Notes: a model not told the origin generated them from the sequence alone. DNA of 64,000 nt from Candidatus Buchananbacteria bacterium (GCA_041665005.1 JBAYJR010000002.1:25120-89119), one strand, 5' to 3'; shown: positions 28,778 to 39,154, counted from the first letter of the stretch. Program-made: numbers and translations.

Positions 28778-28892
28778 GATTGTGCCTCCTTGGTTGATAA
28801 GTTAAGGGTAATTTAGCTTAAATTGATTGATTTGTCAAAAATGTTTAGACCTTTCGGGATTTTAAAAAATGTATTATAATAATAAGGAATTT

Positions 28893-29903
28893 ATGACTAA
28901 GAATATTCAAATAGTTTGCTTGGGTTCTATTTCTCGCGATTTGATGTTTTATACACCCGCGGGCAAGGTTTTTATTGATCAGAATAATCAAGTTGATTCT
29001 CAGTGGTTAGCCTTTGTTTTGGCTACCAAAGTTGATATGCCAGAATTTTATTATACTTGGGGCGGGGGTGCGGCCAATACCGCCGTTGGTTTAGCCAAGC
29101 TGGGTTTAAAAGTAGGAGTGGTTGGTTGTATTGGTGATGATCATGATGGTCGTCGAGCACTGGTTAATTTAAAAAATTTTAAAGTTGATACTACCGGAGT
29201 CACTAAGACCAAAAAAGCCCAAACTGGCTTGTCTATTATTGTTAGCCGACAGTCGGTAGACAAGGAACACGTCGCTTTTGTTCATCGCGGTGCTAATGAT
29301 TATTTTAAATTTGTTTGCCCTACTAAATATTTAGCGGCTAAATATTTTTACCTTAATACTTTAAACGGGGAGGCCTGGCTAAAGATTTTAAAACAAATTT
29401 TTGCAACAGCCCGACAGCAACAAATTAAAATTTATTGGAACCCAGGCGGTAAGCAGTTAGCGGCTGGATTGAAAGCTCTAGAACCATTTTTAGCACAAAC
29501 TGAGATTTTACAGCTTAACCAGGAAGAAGCCAAAAAGTTGCTAGTTTCAGCGTTGTCAGCTGCAGATTTAAGTCAGCCCAAGCGGCTGTTAATTGGTTTG
29601 TCTGCCTTGGGCCCAAAACTGGTTATAGTTACTTTGGGTGAACAAGGGGCAATAGTTTATGATGGTCATAATTTTTATAGCCAGCCAATTTATCCCAGTA
29701 AAAATGTAGATACAATTGGGGTAGGTGATTCCTTTGGTGCTGCCTTTTTAGCCAGTTTGATTTATCAGCCCCAGCAAATTACTACGGCCCTGGCTTGGGG
29801 GTTAATTAATTCCGGTTGTAACGTGGCTAAAATTGGCGCGCAGGAGGGAATTATCACTAAAGCCGAAATTTCTAAAAAATTTAAGCAGTGGTTTAAATCA
29901 TAA
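28893..29903 (+). CDS. PfkB family carbohydrate kinase
   Basis: GGGAANTAVGLAKLG, NPG, N.EE, DTIGVGDSFG. Confidence 0.92.
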   Translation: MTKNIQIVCLGSISRDLMFYTPAGKVFIDQNNQVDSQWLAFVLATKVDMPEFYYTWGGGAANTAVGLAKLGLKVGVVGCIGDDHDGRRALVNLKNFKVDTTGVTKTKKAQTGLSIIVSRQSVDKEHVAFVHRGANDYFKFVCPTKYLAAKYFYLNTLNGEAWLKILKQIFATARQQQIKIYWNPGGKQLAAGLKALEPFLAQTEILQLNQEEAKKLLVSALSAADLSQPKRLLIGLSALGPKLVIVTLGEQGAIVYDGHNFYSQPIYPSKNVDTIGVGDSFGAAFLASLIYQPQQITTALAWGLINSGCNVAKIGAQEGIITKAEISKKFKQWFKS

Positions 29904-29915
29904 GTTATTTTTTTT

Positions 29916-30005
29916 ATGATGTTTAGTAAGCTTTTTTTGCCCATTGTTTTGATTGTAATTTTGGCCATTGTTTTGGTTAAAATTATTCAGCAAAAAATGA
30001 GCTAA
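29916..30005 (+). CDS. putative 29-aa single-TM peptide (MMFSKLFLPIVLIVILAIVLVKIIQQKMS)
   Basis: fills the pfkB-ackA gap with a clean hydrophobic helix. Confidence 0.45.
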   Translation: MMFSKLFLPIVLIVILAIVLVKIIQQKMS

Positions 30006-30058
30006 GTGGTCAGCAAAAGACAGTTCTTTAATTAGCTGGGTATTTTCAGTAATTTTTT

Positions 30059-31225
30059 ATGGCAAAAATTTTGGTGCTAAATTCAGGCAGCACTTTTTTA
30101 AATTTTAAATTGTATAATTCGGTTGATTTAACCTTGTTGGCGTTTGGGCAAATTACCGGTATTACTACTGCTCCGGCCAGTTATTCTTTGAATGATTTAG
30201 AGCATCAAGCTTTAACGGCTAAAACTTTTCCCGAAGGTTTGGCTGACCACGAAGATGCTTGGTTATTGTTGTCTGGTTTTTTAAAAAATTATCAGGAGCA
30301 AATTGTGGCGATTGGTCATTTGATTTTAAGAGGCAGTAAAGATTTTTGTCAAACCACGATAGTTAATGAAATTAATTTTGAATCTTTGGCTAAAACACTG
30401 GATTACTCCCCGCCGGAGCAAAAGGTTAATTTATATTATTTGCAGGAAAGTTTAACCAAATTTAAAAGTGCTTTACAGTTTGCTATTTTTGATGACACTT
30501 GGTATCAAACTGTTCCTTTGGCCGCTAAAATTTTACCCCTGCCATTGGCTTATTATCGGGAGCATAAAATAAGGCGCTATGGTAGTGATGGAGTTTTGCA
30601 TCGGCAAATACTAAATTTGGCTAGTTCAGAATTAATTATTCCAGTTAGTCGAGCCAAAGTAATTACTGGTTATTTAGATAAAACCTTAAGTTTGGTGGCG
30701 GTTAAGCGCGGTCAAGTATTGGAGTTTAGCGGTGGCTTTGGCAAAGCCGAAGGTTTATTTGGTTTAACGGAAGCGGGAGAAATTGACCCCGAAGTAATTT
30801 GGTATTTGCAAAATAAATTTAATCTTTCGGCTAAGGAAGCAGTGGAAATTTTTAGAGAAAAATCCGGTTTGGTCGGTTTGTGTGGGATTGATAATTGGCC
30901 GGAATTTTTATTTTTGGCTGGAGAAAAAATTGATTATACTCCCAAAGTAAAAAGATTAGCCGAAGAAAAGGAAATGGTTAAGTTAGCCAAGGAAGTAGTG
31001 GTTTATCGGTTAGCTAAGGCTTTGGCCGGCTTGGCAGGCTTGCTCGGTCAAGTGGAAGCGGTGGTTTTAGCTGGGGAGTTAAGCGAGTTAGGTAAAAATT
31101 TAATCAAGCAAGTTTTGCATAAGGCTAATTTAGATCAGGCCCAAAAAATTTTTGTTAAAACTGATTTAGCCTTAGCGTTAGCGCAAGAAGTGTCGGCACA
31201 ACTAAAAACTAATATAAAGAAATAA
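30059..31225 (+). CDS. acetate kinase homolog with degenerate active site
   Basis: ILVLNSGS, FD, IRRYG, GEIDP and SGL.G landmarks align to AckA, but the catalytic R/H/E residues are replaced. Confidence 0.75.
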   Translation: MAKILVLNSGSTFLNFKLYNSVDLTLLAFGQITGITTAPASYSLNDLEHQALTAKTFPEGLADHEDAWLLLSGFLKNYQEQIVAIGHLILRGSKDFCQTTIVNEINFESLAKTLDYSPPEQKVNLYYLQESLTKFKSALQFAIFDDTWYQTVPLAAKILPLPLAYYREHKIRRYGSDGVLHRQILNLASSELIIPVSRAKVITGYLDKTLSLVAVKRGQVLEFSGGFGKAEGLFGLTEAGEIDPEVIWYLQNKFNLSAKEAVEIFREKSGLVGLCGIDNWPEFLFLAGEKIDYTPKVKRLAEEKEMVKLAKEVVVYRLAKALAGLAGLLGQVEAVVLAGELSELGKNLIKQVLHKANLDQAQKIFVKTDLALALAQEVSAQLKTNIKK

Positions 31226-32914
31226 ATGGCTTGGCTAAAAATTTTAAACAAACAAAGTAAAAATATCACTTCGGCTGCGATTATTATTGGCGGTACTTCG
31301 TTGGCTTCACGGGTGTTAGGGATGTTTCGTGATCGTATCTTGGCGGGAGAATTTGGTACCAGTAATATTTTGGATGCTTATTATGCCGCTTTTCGCATTC
31401 CCGATTTAGTTTATAATTTATTAGTATTAGGGGCCTTGTCAGCGGGTTTGATTCCGGTTTTTTCGGCCTATTTGGCCATGAATAAAACTGCCGAGGGTTA
31501 TCGGGTGATAAATATTTTGTTAAATTTAATCAGTGTATTTTTAATTATTGTTTGCGCTTTATTGGCAATTTTTGCTGGTCAATTAGTGCCGTTAATTACG
31601 CCGGGCTTTAGTGGCGATAAACTAGCTTTAACCATCCAGTTTAGTCGGATTATGTTTTTGTCGCCGATTTTTTTAGGCTTATCCGGGATTTTCGGTTCAA
31701 TTACTCAGTCACTTAAAAGATTTTTTATTTATTCTTTGGCGCCAATTATGTATAATTTTGGCATTATTATTGGGGCGCTATTTTTTGTAAAATGGTGGGG
31801 GCCGATTGGTTTGGCCTGGGGGGTAGTGGTCGGTGCGGCTTTGCATTTTTTTATTCAGCTAGTTGGTTTACACGGCAGTGGTTATCGTTATCAATGGTTA
31901 TGGCAGTGGCGTCATCCAGGAGTAAAACAAATTAGTTGGTTAATGATCCCGAGAGTTTTAGCTTTATCTATTTCACAAATTAGCTTAACGGTAGAAACAA
32001 TTATTTGTTCAACTTTGGCGGCGGGCAGTTTAGTAGTGTTTTCTTTTGCCAATAATTTGCAAAGTTTTCCGTTAGGGGTGTTTGCCATTTCTTTTGCGGT
32101 GGCTGCGCTACCAACTTTATCAGAATTTGCTGCGCAAGCTAAAATTTCCGATTTTATTAATAGTCTATCCAGTACTTTGCGGCAGATTATTTTTTGGTTA
32201 GCGCCAATTTCAGTTTTACTGTTTGTGTTACGGGCGCAAATCGTTCGGGTGTTATTAGGCACCGGTCAGTTTGACTGGGAGGCTACCCGTTTGACGGCGG
32301 CGTTGTTGGCAGTTTTTGCGGTTAGTTTGCTGGCTCAAGGTTTAGTGCCGTTGCTTACCCGGGCTTTTTACGCTTGGCAGGATACCAAAACGCCATTTTA
32401 TTTAGGCTTGATTCACGCTGCCATTAATGTTTCTTTGGCTTTAGTTTTAGTTAAGGTTCTTTCGCAATTTAATTTATTTACTTTTTTTATCAAGAGCACT
32501 CTCAAATTATCAGATTTGGCGGATATCAGAGTTTTGGCCCTGCCGTTGGCTTATGGCTTGGCTCATCTTTTTTATATTTTAGCTTTACTATATTTTTTAA
32601 GAAAAAAAATTGGTCGGTTGGATGGCCGAAAAATTTTTGATTCCACTTGGCGAATTTTATTTTCTAGTCTTGGTTCGGGTTTGGTCGCTTTTTATACTTT
32701 AAGATTAGTTAATCAGTTCGTCAGTTTAAATTCTTTTAGTGGAGTTTTAACCCAAGGTTTGACGGCCGGTGTTTTGGGTGTTTTAACTTATATTATTTTA
32801 GGCATCTTATTAAATAGTGAAGAAATTAAACTTTTCTTAGCGGCTTGGCAAAAAAAACTGTTTAGGCAAGTGGTGGTTGACAAAACTGGTGTGGGCGAGG
32901 GGACTACGCTATAA
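31226..32914 (+). CDS. murJ: lipid II flippase MurJ (MviN)
   Basis: SRVLGMFRD, DAYYAAFRIPD, GALSA, RAFYA.QDTKTP. Confidence 0.93.
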   Translation: MAWLKILNKQSKNITSAAIIIGGTSLASRVLGMFRDRILAGEFGTSNILDAYYAAFRIPDLVYNLLVLGALSAGLIPVFSAYLAMNKTAEGYRVINILLNLISVFLIIVCALLAIFAGQLVPLITPGFSGDKLALTIQFSRIMFLSPIFLGLSGIFGSITQSLKRFFIYSLAPIMYNFGIIIGALFFVKWWGPIGLAWGVVVGAALHFFIQLVGLHGSGYRYQWLWQWRHPGVKQISWLMIPRVLALSISQISLTVETIICSTLAAGSLVVFSFANNLQSFPLGVFAISFAVAALPTLSEFAAQAKISDFINSLSSTLRQIIFWLAPISVLLFVLRAQIVRVLLGTGQFDWEATRLTAALLAVFAVSLLAQGLVPLLTRAFYAWQDTKTPFYLGLIHAAINVSLALVLVKVLSQFNLFTFFIKSTLKLSDLADIRVLALPLAYGLAHLFYILALLYFLRKKIGRLDGRKIFDSTWRILFSSLGSGLVAFYTLRLVNQFVSLNSFSGVLTQGLTAGVLGVLTYIILGILLNSEEIKLFLAAWQKKLFRQVVVDKTGVGEGTTL

Positions 32915-32929
32915 TAACTAAAAGTTTTT

Positions 32930-34960
32930 ATGAAACTACAAAATTTTTTATTTCCGAAGACAATTGCCGTAATTGGGGCCTCGGCTAATCCGGCCAAGCT
33001 GGGTTATCAAATTTTAAATAATATTTTAGCCGGTGGTTTTACGGGTCAAGTTTATCCTATAAATTTGCAGGCGCAAACAATCTTGGGTTTAGCTACTGTG
33101 GCTAATATTAAACAACTTAAGCCTCCGGTTGATTTAGCTATTATTGCCATTCCAGCCGCTTTGGTTTTAGCGGAAGTAGAAAATTGCGCGATAGCCGGAA
33201 TAAAAAATTTAGTAATTATTACAGCCGGGTTTGGCGAATTAAATTTGGCCGGTAAAAAATTAGAGCAACAACTAGAGGGTTTAGTTAAAAAGTATCAGTT
33301 AAATATTTTGGGCCCTAACTGCTTAGGCTTTGTTAATAGTGGACTTAAATTAAACGCGACCTTTGCCAAAACCGATCTAAAGTCCGGTCGGGTGGCTTTT
33401 CTGTCGCAATCGGGAGCGATTGGTAGTGCGGTTTTGGATTTAGCGGCTAAACAGAACTTTGGCTTTTCTTATTTTTTAAGTTTAGGCAACAAAGCGGATT
33501 TAACCGAAAATGATTGTTTAGAATTTTTGGCTAATGATCCGCAAACAGATTTAATTGTGATTTATTTAGAAAGCATTGCGGCTGGGCAAAGGATGTTAAG
33601 TTTATTAACAAAAATTTCGGCCAAAAAACCAGTAGCTATTCTTAAGGCAGGGATAACCAAGGCGGGAGCGCAAGCCGCCTTGTCTCACACCGGTAGCTTG
33701 GCTTCTTCGGCGGTGGCAGTGCAGGCTGCTTGGGCGCGCGCGGGAGTAATTGAGCTTAAAAATATCGGCGAGATGTTTAATTTGCTAGAGGTGTATCAAA
33801 CTAAGTTGTTAAAGGGTAACGATGAATTATTTATTTTGTCTAATGCCGGCGGGCCTTTGGTGGTTACTGTTGATGCTTTAAGTGAATTGAATTTAAGTTT
33901 GGGGCAATATACTCCGGCTCTAACTAAAAAGCTAAGTCAGGTTTTGCCACCAACAGTGCAAGTTAAAAATCCGCTAGATATTTTAGGTGATGCCGAGCCG
34001 GCTCGTTACCAATTGGCGATTGACGGTTTGTTGGCGGAACCAAAAGTTCATAACTTGTTAATTTTATTAACCCCGCAAACCGCCACCTTGGTTAAAGAAA
34101 CAGCTTTGGTAATTACCCAGGCGGTTAAAAAATATCCACAAAAAAATATTTTTGTCAGTTTTATCGGTGGTCAAGCAATTATGCCGGCTTTAGAAATTTT
34201 GCAAACGGTTGATTTAATTAATTTTATTAACCCCGCCGAATTGGTTGGTTTGTTGGCAAAAATTTTTAATTACAAAAACAGTCGGCAGTTAATTAAACCG
34301 TATTTATTATCAACCAAGCCGGCTTCGGCGGTGATTAAAAACGAGCAATTGGATTTTTTGGCGGCTCAAAAATTATTAACCCAAGCCGGTATTCAGTTTG
34401 TAAATACTAAAGTGATTAAAAGGTTAGCAGATTTAGAAACTTTAAAATACCCGATAGTTTTAAAAGTGGTTGGCCCTAAAATTATTCATAAAACTGAATT
34501 GCAAGCGGTGCTTACTAATTTGACTGGTTTAACAACCGCACAAAAGGCTTATTTAAAATTAAGTAAAATTGCCCAAAAGTTTTCGGCGCAAGTGATTGCT
34601 CAGGCAATGGTTAAGGAGGCTCAAGAAATAATGATTGGGTTTAAACAAGACCCAAATTTTGGTCCGTTGGTAATAGTTGGTCAGGGTGGTATTTATGCCG
34701 AAGTTTTTAAAGATGTTCAAGTTGCAATTGCTGATCTTGATCAGTTTGCGGCTTTAGCGTTGCTAAAGCAATTGAAAATTTATCCAATTTTAGCCGGCAG
34801 TCGTGGCCTTTTGCCAGTCAATCTTAAAGCTTTAGCTCAAGTTATTGTCAAAATAGCCAGGTTGGCACAACAAAATCCCCAGTGGCAAGAGCTAGATTTA
34901 AATCCGGTGTTTGTTGGTAAACAAAAAGTGTTAGCGGTTGATGTAAGAATTATTATTTAG
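32930..34960 (+). CDS. acetate--CoA ligase (ADP-forming), fused alpha/beta
   Basis: IAVIGAS, GPNCLG, SQSGA, SHTGSLA, NAGG, NPLD, HKTE, DLNPV. Confidence 0.9.
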   Translation: MKLQNFLFPKTIAVIGASANPAKLGYQILNNILAGGFTGQVYPINLQAQTILGLATVANIKQLKPPVDLAIIAIPAALVLAEVENCAIAGIKNLVIITAGFGELNLAGKKLEQQLEGLVKKYQLNILGPNCLGFVNSGLKLNATFAKTDLKSGRVAFLSQSGAIGSAVLDLAAKQNFGFSYFLSLGNKADLTENDCLEFLANDPQTDLIVIYLESIAAGQRMLSLLTKISAKKPVAILKAGITKAGAQAALSHTGSLASSAVAVQAAWARAGVIELKNIGEMFNLLEVYQTKLLKGNDELFILSNAGGPLVVTVDALSELNLSLGQYTPALTKKLSQVLPPTVQVKNPLDILGDAEPARYQLAIDGLLAEPKVHNLLILLTPQTATLVKETALVITQAVKKYPQKNIFVSFIGGQAIMPALEILQTVDLINFINPAELVGLLAKIFNYKNSRQLIKPYLLSTKPASAVIKNEQLDFLAAQKLLTQAGIQFVNTKVIKRLADLETLKYPIVLKVVGPKIIHKTELQAVLTNLTGLTTAQKAYLKLSKIAQKFSAQVIAQAMVKEAQEIMIGFKQDPNFGPLVIVGQGGIYAEVFKDVQVAIADLDQFAALALLKQLKIYPILAGSRGLLPVNLKALAQVIVKIARLAQQNPQWQELDLNPVFVGKQKVLAVDVRIII

Positions 34961-35066
34961 TTTTGTTACTTAAAAATACAACCAGGCCTAAAGCCTGGTT
35001 TTTTGACTTGACAGTTATTTTGTTTATTGATAAGGTTTTCTTAATTAAAACAAAGGAGGCTAGTAT

Positions 35067-35609
35067 ATGGCTAGAATTTTGTTAGTAACTACAGCTAACA
35101 ATCAGATCATTACCAATCTAAGTGAGGCGGGTAATGTCATGATAGTAGTAGAAGAGGAAAAAGAAGTAAGGGTATTGTGGAAAGGGTCGGCGGTTAATGA
35201 TAAGGTTTTAAAAAGATACGTTGAAGGTCTTACCGCCTTAAAAAAATTCAATATTTTAGCTAAAAATCCGGAAGCGGAAATTTTAGCTAAAATAAAACCC
35301 GTGAGTTTAAAGGAGAATCCTATGCCCAAAGAAAAGAAAAATAAGAAGTCAGTATTAGTGGAGGTCGGTACCGAAGGAACTAGACCGGGCTATGTGGGAG
35401 TTTTTGAGGGTGGTGAAACCCCAGCGACTAAAGCCCCGTGTGTTGTTTCGGTAGAAATGAGCTCCGAAGGGGCAATTTCTAATAAACCCGCTTATGTGAA
35501 GGTTTATCGAGATGGAAAGTTGATCGTTGATGTGGAGGCAGTAGTGGAACAAAGACCAGGGGGCGACGGGGGAATGTATCCCGTTGTTAAACTTAAATTA
35601 AAACAATAA
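35067..35609 (+). CDS. orphan hypothetical protein (SD-cassette class); possible internal start at 35322
   Basis: TTGACA-N17-TAAGGT, AGGAGG, terminator 35616-35643. Confidence 0.65.
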   Translation: MARILLVTTANNQIITNLSEAGNVMIVVEEEKEVRVLWKGSAVNDKVLKRYVEGLTALKKFNILAKNPEAEILAKIKPVSLKENPMPKEKKNKKSVLVEVGTEGTRPGYVGVFEGGETPATKAPCVVSVEMSSEGAISNKPAYVKVYRDGKLIVDVEAVVEQRPGGDGGMYPVVKLKLKQ

Positions 35610-35700
35610 CTGCCAAGCGTATCCTTTAGGATACGCTTTTTTTATCCTTGACTATTTGCCGTTTTTTTGCTAGGGTATATTTAATTAAGGAGGTGTAATT

Positions 35701-35895
35701 ATGGCTGCTGTAAGGATCGTTGTAAAAGGCCCAACTGGTACAGTAAGTTTATTGCAAGTTTGTAAAGAGAGGGGGGAACTGGAGATTGTTACGGTTCGTC
35801 CCGCCGAAAGTTGTGCTATTTTTCTTGAGAAAGACGAAGGTGGAATGACCTGTATTTTTGGTGACGCTAATCTCGCCAAAGAAATAACAAGTTGA
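35701..35895 (+). CDS. orphan small protein (SD-cassette class)
   Basis: TTGACT-N17-TAGGGT, AAGGAGGT, terminator 35913-35944. Confidence 0.65.
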   Translation: MAAVRIVVKGPTGTVSLLQVCKERGELEIVTVRPAESCAIFLEKDEGGMTCIFGDANLAKEITS

Positions 35896-35985
35896 TTCCG
35901 TTAAAAATTTTTAATCCCGCTAAAGTAATTTAGCGGGATTTTTTCTTGATTAATTAACGGTTTTTTGCTATAATGTTGGAGTTTT

Positions 35986-37788
35986 ATGATTGAAAAAAAT
36001 ATTAGAAATTTTTGCATTATTGCTCACATTGATCACGGTAAATCTACGCTGGCGGATCGTTTTTTGGAATTAACCAAAACCGTGGCCAAGCGCGATATGA
36101 AGGATCAACTGTTAGATCAAATGGATATTGAGCGGGAGCGGGGAATTACTATTAAGTTGCAGCCGGTGCGGATGAATTATCATTTTAATAATCAAGATTA
36201 CGAATTAAATTTAATTGACACTCCCGGGCATGTCGATTTTACTTACGAAGTCTCTCGCAGTTTAGCGGCGGTAGAAGGGGCAATTTTGTTAGTTGATGCG
36301 ACGCAAGGGGTGCAGGCGCAAACTTTGGCTAATTTATATTTGGCCTTAGAGCAAGATTTAACTATTATTCCGGTGATTAATAAAATTGATTTACCGGCCT
36401 CGCAAGTAGAAAAATGTCGTGGGGAATTAAAAAATTTATTGGGTTGTGCGGATGAGGAAATAATTTTAGCTTCGGGCAAAAGCGGTCAGGGCGTGGAAGA
36501 AATTTTACAAGCCGTGGTCCGGTTGGTGCCACCACCAGTACTAAAGCCAGAGGCCCCGTTGCGAGCTTTAATTTTTGATTCGGTATTTGATGAGTATAAA
36601 GGAGTAATTGCTTTTGTTAGAGTAGTTGATGGTCAAATTAAGGCCGGTGATCAAGTGGCGATGTTTTCTAGTCGCAAAGAATCCGAAGTTTTGGAAGTAG
36701 GAATGTTTAAGCCCAAGTTAAGTCCGGTAGCTTCTTTGCAATCCGGAGAAATTGGTTATGTGGTAACTGGTCTTAAAGAAGTTAGGGAATGCAAAGTGGG
36801 CGACACTATTATTGCTGCTTTAGGAGTAGCACAAAATCAAGTAATTCCTTTACCGGGTTATAAAGAAGTTAAACCAATGGTTTTTGCCGGTATTTTTTGT
36901 CGGGATGGTTCGGATTTTCCAAAATTGCGTGATTCCATTGAAAAACTTAAATCCAATGATGCTTCATTAACTTTTGAGCCGGAAAATTCGCAAGCCTTGG
37001 GGTTTGGCTTTCGTTGCGGATTTTTGGGTTTATTGCATTTGGAAATTTTTCAAGAAAGATTGTTGCGCGAATATGGTTTAGATTTAGTAGTGACCACGCC
37101 TAGCGTGGCCTATAAAATTTATTTAAAAAATCGTCCGGAACCAGAAATTATTTATAATCCCTTACATTGGCCGGATCCGGGAGTAATTAATAGTATTGAA
37201 GAGCCGGTGATGAAATTAGATTTAGTTACGCCTAAAGATTATTTAGGTGGCGTCATGCAGTTGGCGCAAGAAAAAAGAGGAGTTTATTTAAATACTGAGT
37301 ATTTGGCTGAAGATTTGGTTTTGGTTCATTATCAAATTCCTTTGACGGCAATTTTAGTTGATTTTTATGATAAGCTAAAAAGTGTTTCTTCGGGCTATGC
37401 CTCATTGAATTATGAATTTTTTGGTTATCAAAAAGCGGAAGTAATTAAATTAGATATTTTGGTGGCGGAAGATAAAGTAGAAGCACTTTCTAGTATTGTT
37501 TATGAAGACGAGGCTTTTCGTGTTGGCCGAAAAATTTGTGAAACTTTGAAAGAAACTTTGCCTAAGCAACAATTTTTGGTAAAAATTCAAGCGGCCATTG
37601 GCGGTAAAATTGTGGCCTCGGAGCATTTGAGTGCTTTACGTAAAGATGTGACGGCTAAATTATATGGCGGTGATTGGACGCGCCGCGCTAAGTTGTTAGA
37701 AAAACAGAAAAAAGGTAAGAAAAAGATGATGCAACAAGGTCGGGTAGAAATTCCACCCGAAAGTTTTTTGGCGGTGTTAAAAAGATAA
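35986..37788 (+). CDS. lepA: elongation factor 4
   Basis: IRNFCIIAHIDHGKSTLADR, GFRCGFLGLLH, RKDVTAKLYGGD. Confidence 0.98.
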   Translation: MIEKNIRNFCIIAHIDHGKSTLADRFLELTKTVAKRDMKDQLLDQMDIERERGITIKLQPVRMNYHFNNQDYELNLIDTPGHVDFTYEVSRSLAAVEGAILLVDATQGVQAQTLANLYLALEQDLTIIPVINKIDLPASQVEKCRGELKNLLGCADEEIILASGKSGQGVEEILQAVVRLVPPPVLKPEAPLRALIFDSVFDEYKGVIAFVRVVDGQIKAGDQVAMFSSRKESEVLEVGMFKPKLSPVASLQSGEIGYVVTGLKEVRECKVGDTIIAALGVAQNQVIPLPGYKEVKPMVFAGIFCRDGSDFPKLRDSIEKLKSNDASLTFEPENSQALGFGFRCGFLGLLHLEIFQERLLREYGLDLVVTTPSVAYKIYLKNRPEPEIIYNPLHWPDPGVINSIEEPVMKLDLVTPKDYLGGVMQLAQEKRGVYLNTEYLAEDLVLVHYQIPLTAILVDFYDKLKSVSSGYASLNYEFFGYQKAEVIKLDILVAEDKVEALSSIVYEDEAFRVGRKICETLKETLPKQQFLVKIQAAIGGKIVASEHLSALRKDVTAKLYGGDWTRRAKLLEKQKKGKKKMMQQGRVEIPPESFLAVLKR

Positions 37789-37852
37789 CGGCTTGCTAAA
37801 AAATTTAAAATAGCTTAAACTAAGGGCAATAAATTTAAGGAGGGCAGTGATT

Positions 37853-38014
37853 ATGAAGAGGTGCTTAATAAACACTCCAGGCGGAGTGCTAACAATTTGG
37901 GTTTTTGCCAAAGGGACTTTTGGTAGTGTTAAAACCATCGACAGTTGCCCGGTAGCAAGACCAACAACCTTCTGCCAGGATTTATGGCGGTTGATAAAAG
38001 ATTCGTTTAAGTGA
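37853..38014 (+). CDS. 53-aa orphan protein, not in the ORF track (MKRCLINTPGGVLTIWVFAKG...)
   Basis: AAGGAGG SD, TTGCTA-N17-TAAACT, downstream hairpin TCCCGTAAA..TTTACGGGA. Confidence 0.6.
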   Translation: MKRCLINTPGGVLTIWVFAKGTFGSVKTIDSCPVARPTTFCQDLWRLIKDSFK

Positions 38015-38129
38015 TAGTTAGTTTGCAGTTCGTCAGTTTTCCCGTAAAAATAGTATTTACGGGATTTTTTTGACATTTTTTAACCCAGGTTGTAAGATAG
38101 GGGAAATTAAAAAAAAGGGAGGTGTTACC

Positions 38130-39053
38130 GTGAGCAAACAAAAAATGAATCCACGTGTATTGCACTTAAGTGTTAATTCCATCATTCAGTTTATTGCAAA
38201 ATCTAAACTGGCCGATCGGGGCTATTCAAAAATCTCATCTCAAAATTTGTTAAAAAGCATTGATTGGGATCTGGACCTTGGGAACGTTAAAAAAATACTT
38301 TCTTTGGGTCAGTGTCAACTCGCTAGAGAAAGCACTTCTGTACTAAACTTTCTGATTTTGAATTTAGACAGAGTTGAATATTTTCGGAAAGAAGAAATTT
38401 TGAAAATATCAAAATGGCTAAAAAATAGCAGAAAGAACAGAGGTATTTTAAAAGAGTTTTTGAAAGATGACCAAGTTAGCAGTAGAGAGGGTTTTAATTT
38501 GTCTATAACTCGTATTGCAGAAATGCTAACCTTGATAAAGGTTCTAGACATCGCTGTTGGTGAGAAGATGATACAAATAGTAGAAGGAACAAAATTAGCA
38601 GCCAAAAAAGTAATCGTCTTCGATCGTCCCCAATGCAGATCACCGTTAACCTGGAATGAAGCCTTTGATGTGTTAGCGAAGGTTAAGTTAATTGATCGGG
38701 TTAGAATGAGCCTTCCCTTAAAACTGGAAAAAAAGATTAATCCGTCTAAGACGAGCACCAAAAAGGTTATCAACATGGTAATCGCTCAAACTTCTCGTAG
38801 CAGATCTTCTGTTGAGAGTGTGGTGATTTTTGCTACACCCAAAGTAAAATATTATGCGAGTGATCGCATTAAAAAGGTAAAGGATTATTTGCAGAAAAAC
38901 AAAACTTTGGAGTTTGAGTTAAAGTGTCTAACGGGAGACAAAAAGATGCCTGAGTCCTTTGAGCAATTAGCCGAGATTTTAGTGGCCATGGCTATGGCGT
39001 ATCTGGCTCATTATCAAGGCCTGATTATTTTAGAGTGGCACGCAGAGAATTAG
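38130..39053 (+). CDS. orphan helical protein (GTG start; SD-cassette class)
   Basis: GGAGGT before GTG, TTGACA-N17-TAAGAT; N-terminal half resembles 39155. Confidence 0.7.
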   Translation: MSKQKMNPRVLHLSVNSIIQFIAKSKLADRGYSKISSQNLLKSIDWDLDLGNVKKILSLGQCQLARESTSVLNFLILNLDRVEYFRKEEILKISKWLKNSRKNRGILKEFLKDDQVSSREGFNLSITRIAEMLTLIKVLDIAVGEKMIQIVEGTKLAAKKVIVFDRPQCRSPLTWNEAFDVLAKVKLIDRVRMSLPLKLEKKINPSKTSTKKVINMVIAQTSRSRSSVESVVIFATPKVKYYASDRIKKVKDYLQKNKTLEFELKCLTGDKKMPESFEQLAEILVAMAMAYLAHYQGLIILEWHAEN

Positions 39054-39154
39054 CTTAGACTACCCCCAAAAGTAATTTAATTTGGGGGTTTTTTATTTGA
39101 CATTTTTCAACCTAGGTTATAAGATGGGTAAAACTACAAAAAGGAGGTGTTGTC

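Noticed and set aside
37777-38076. 99-aa minus-strand ORF
   Set aside because: Antisense to the SD-supported 53-aa ORF at 37853 and overlaps a promoter and terminator
38070-38129. TTG start for the 327-aa ORF
   Set aside because: The TTG is part of the TTGACA -35 box; GTG at 38130 has a GGAGGT SD
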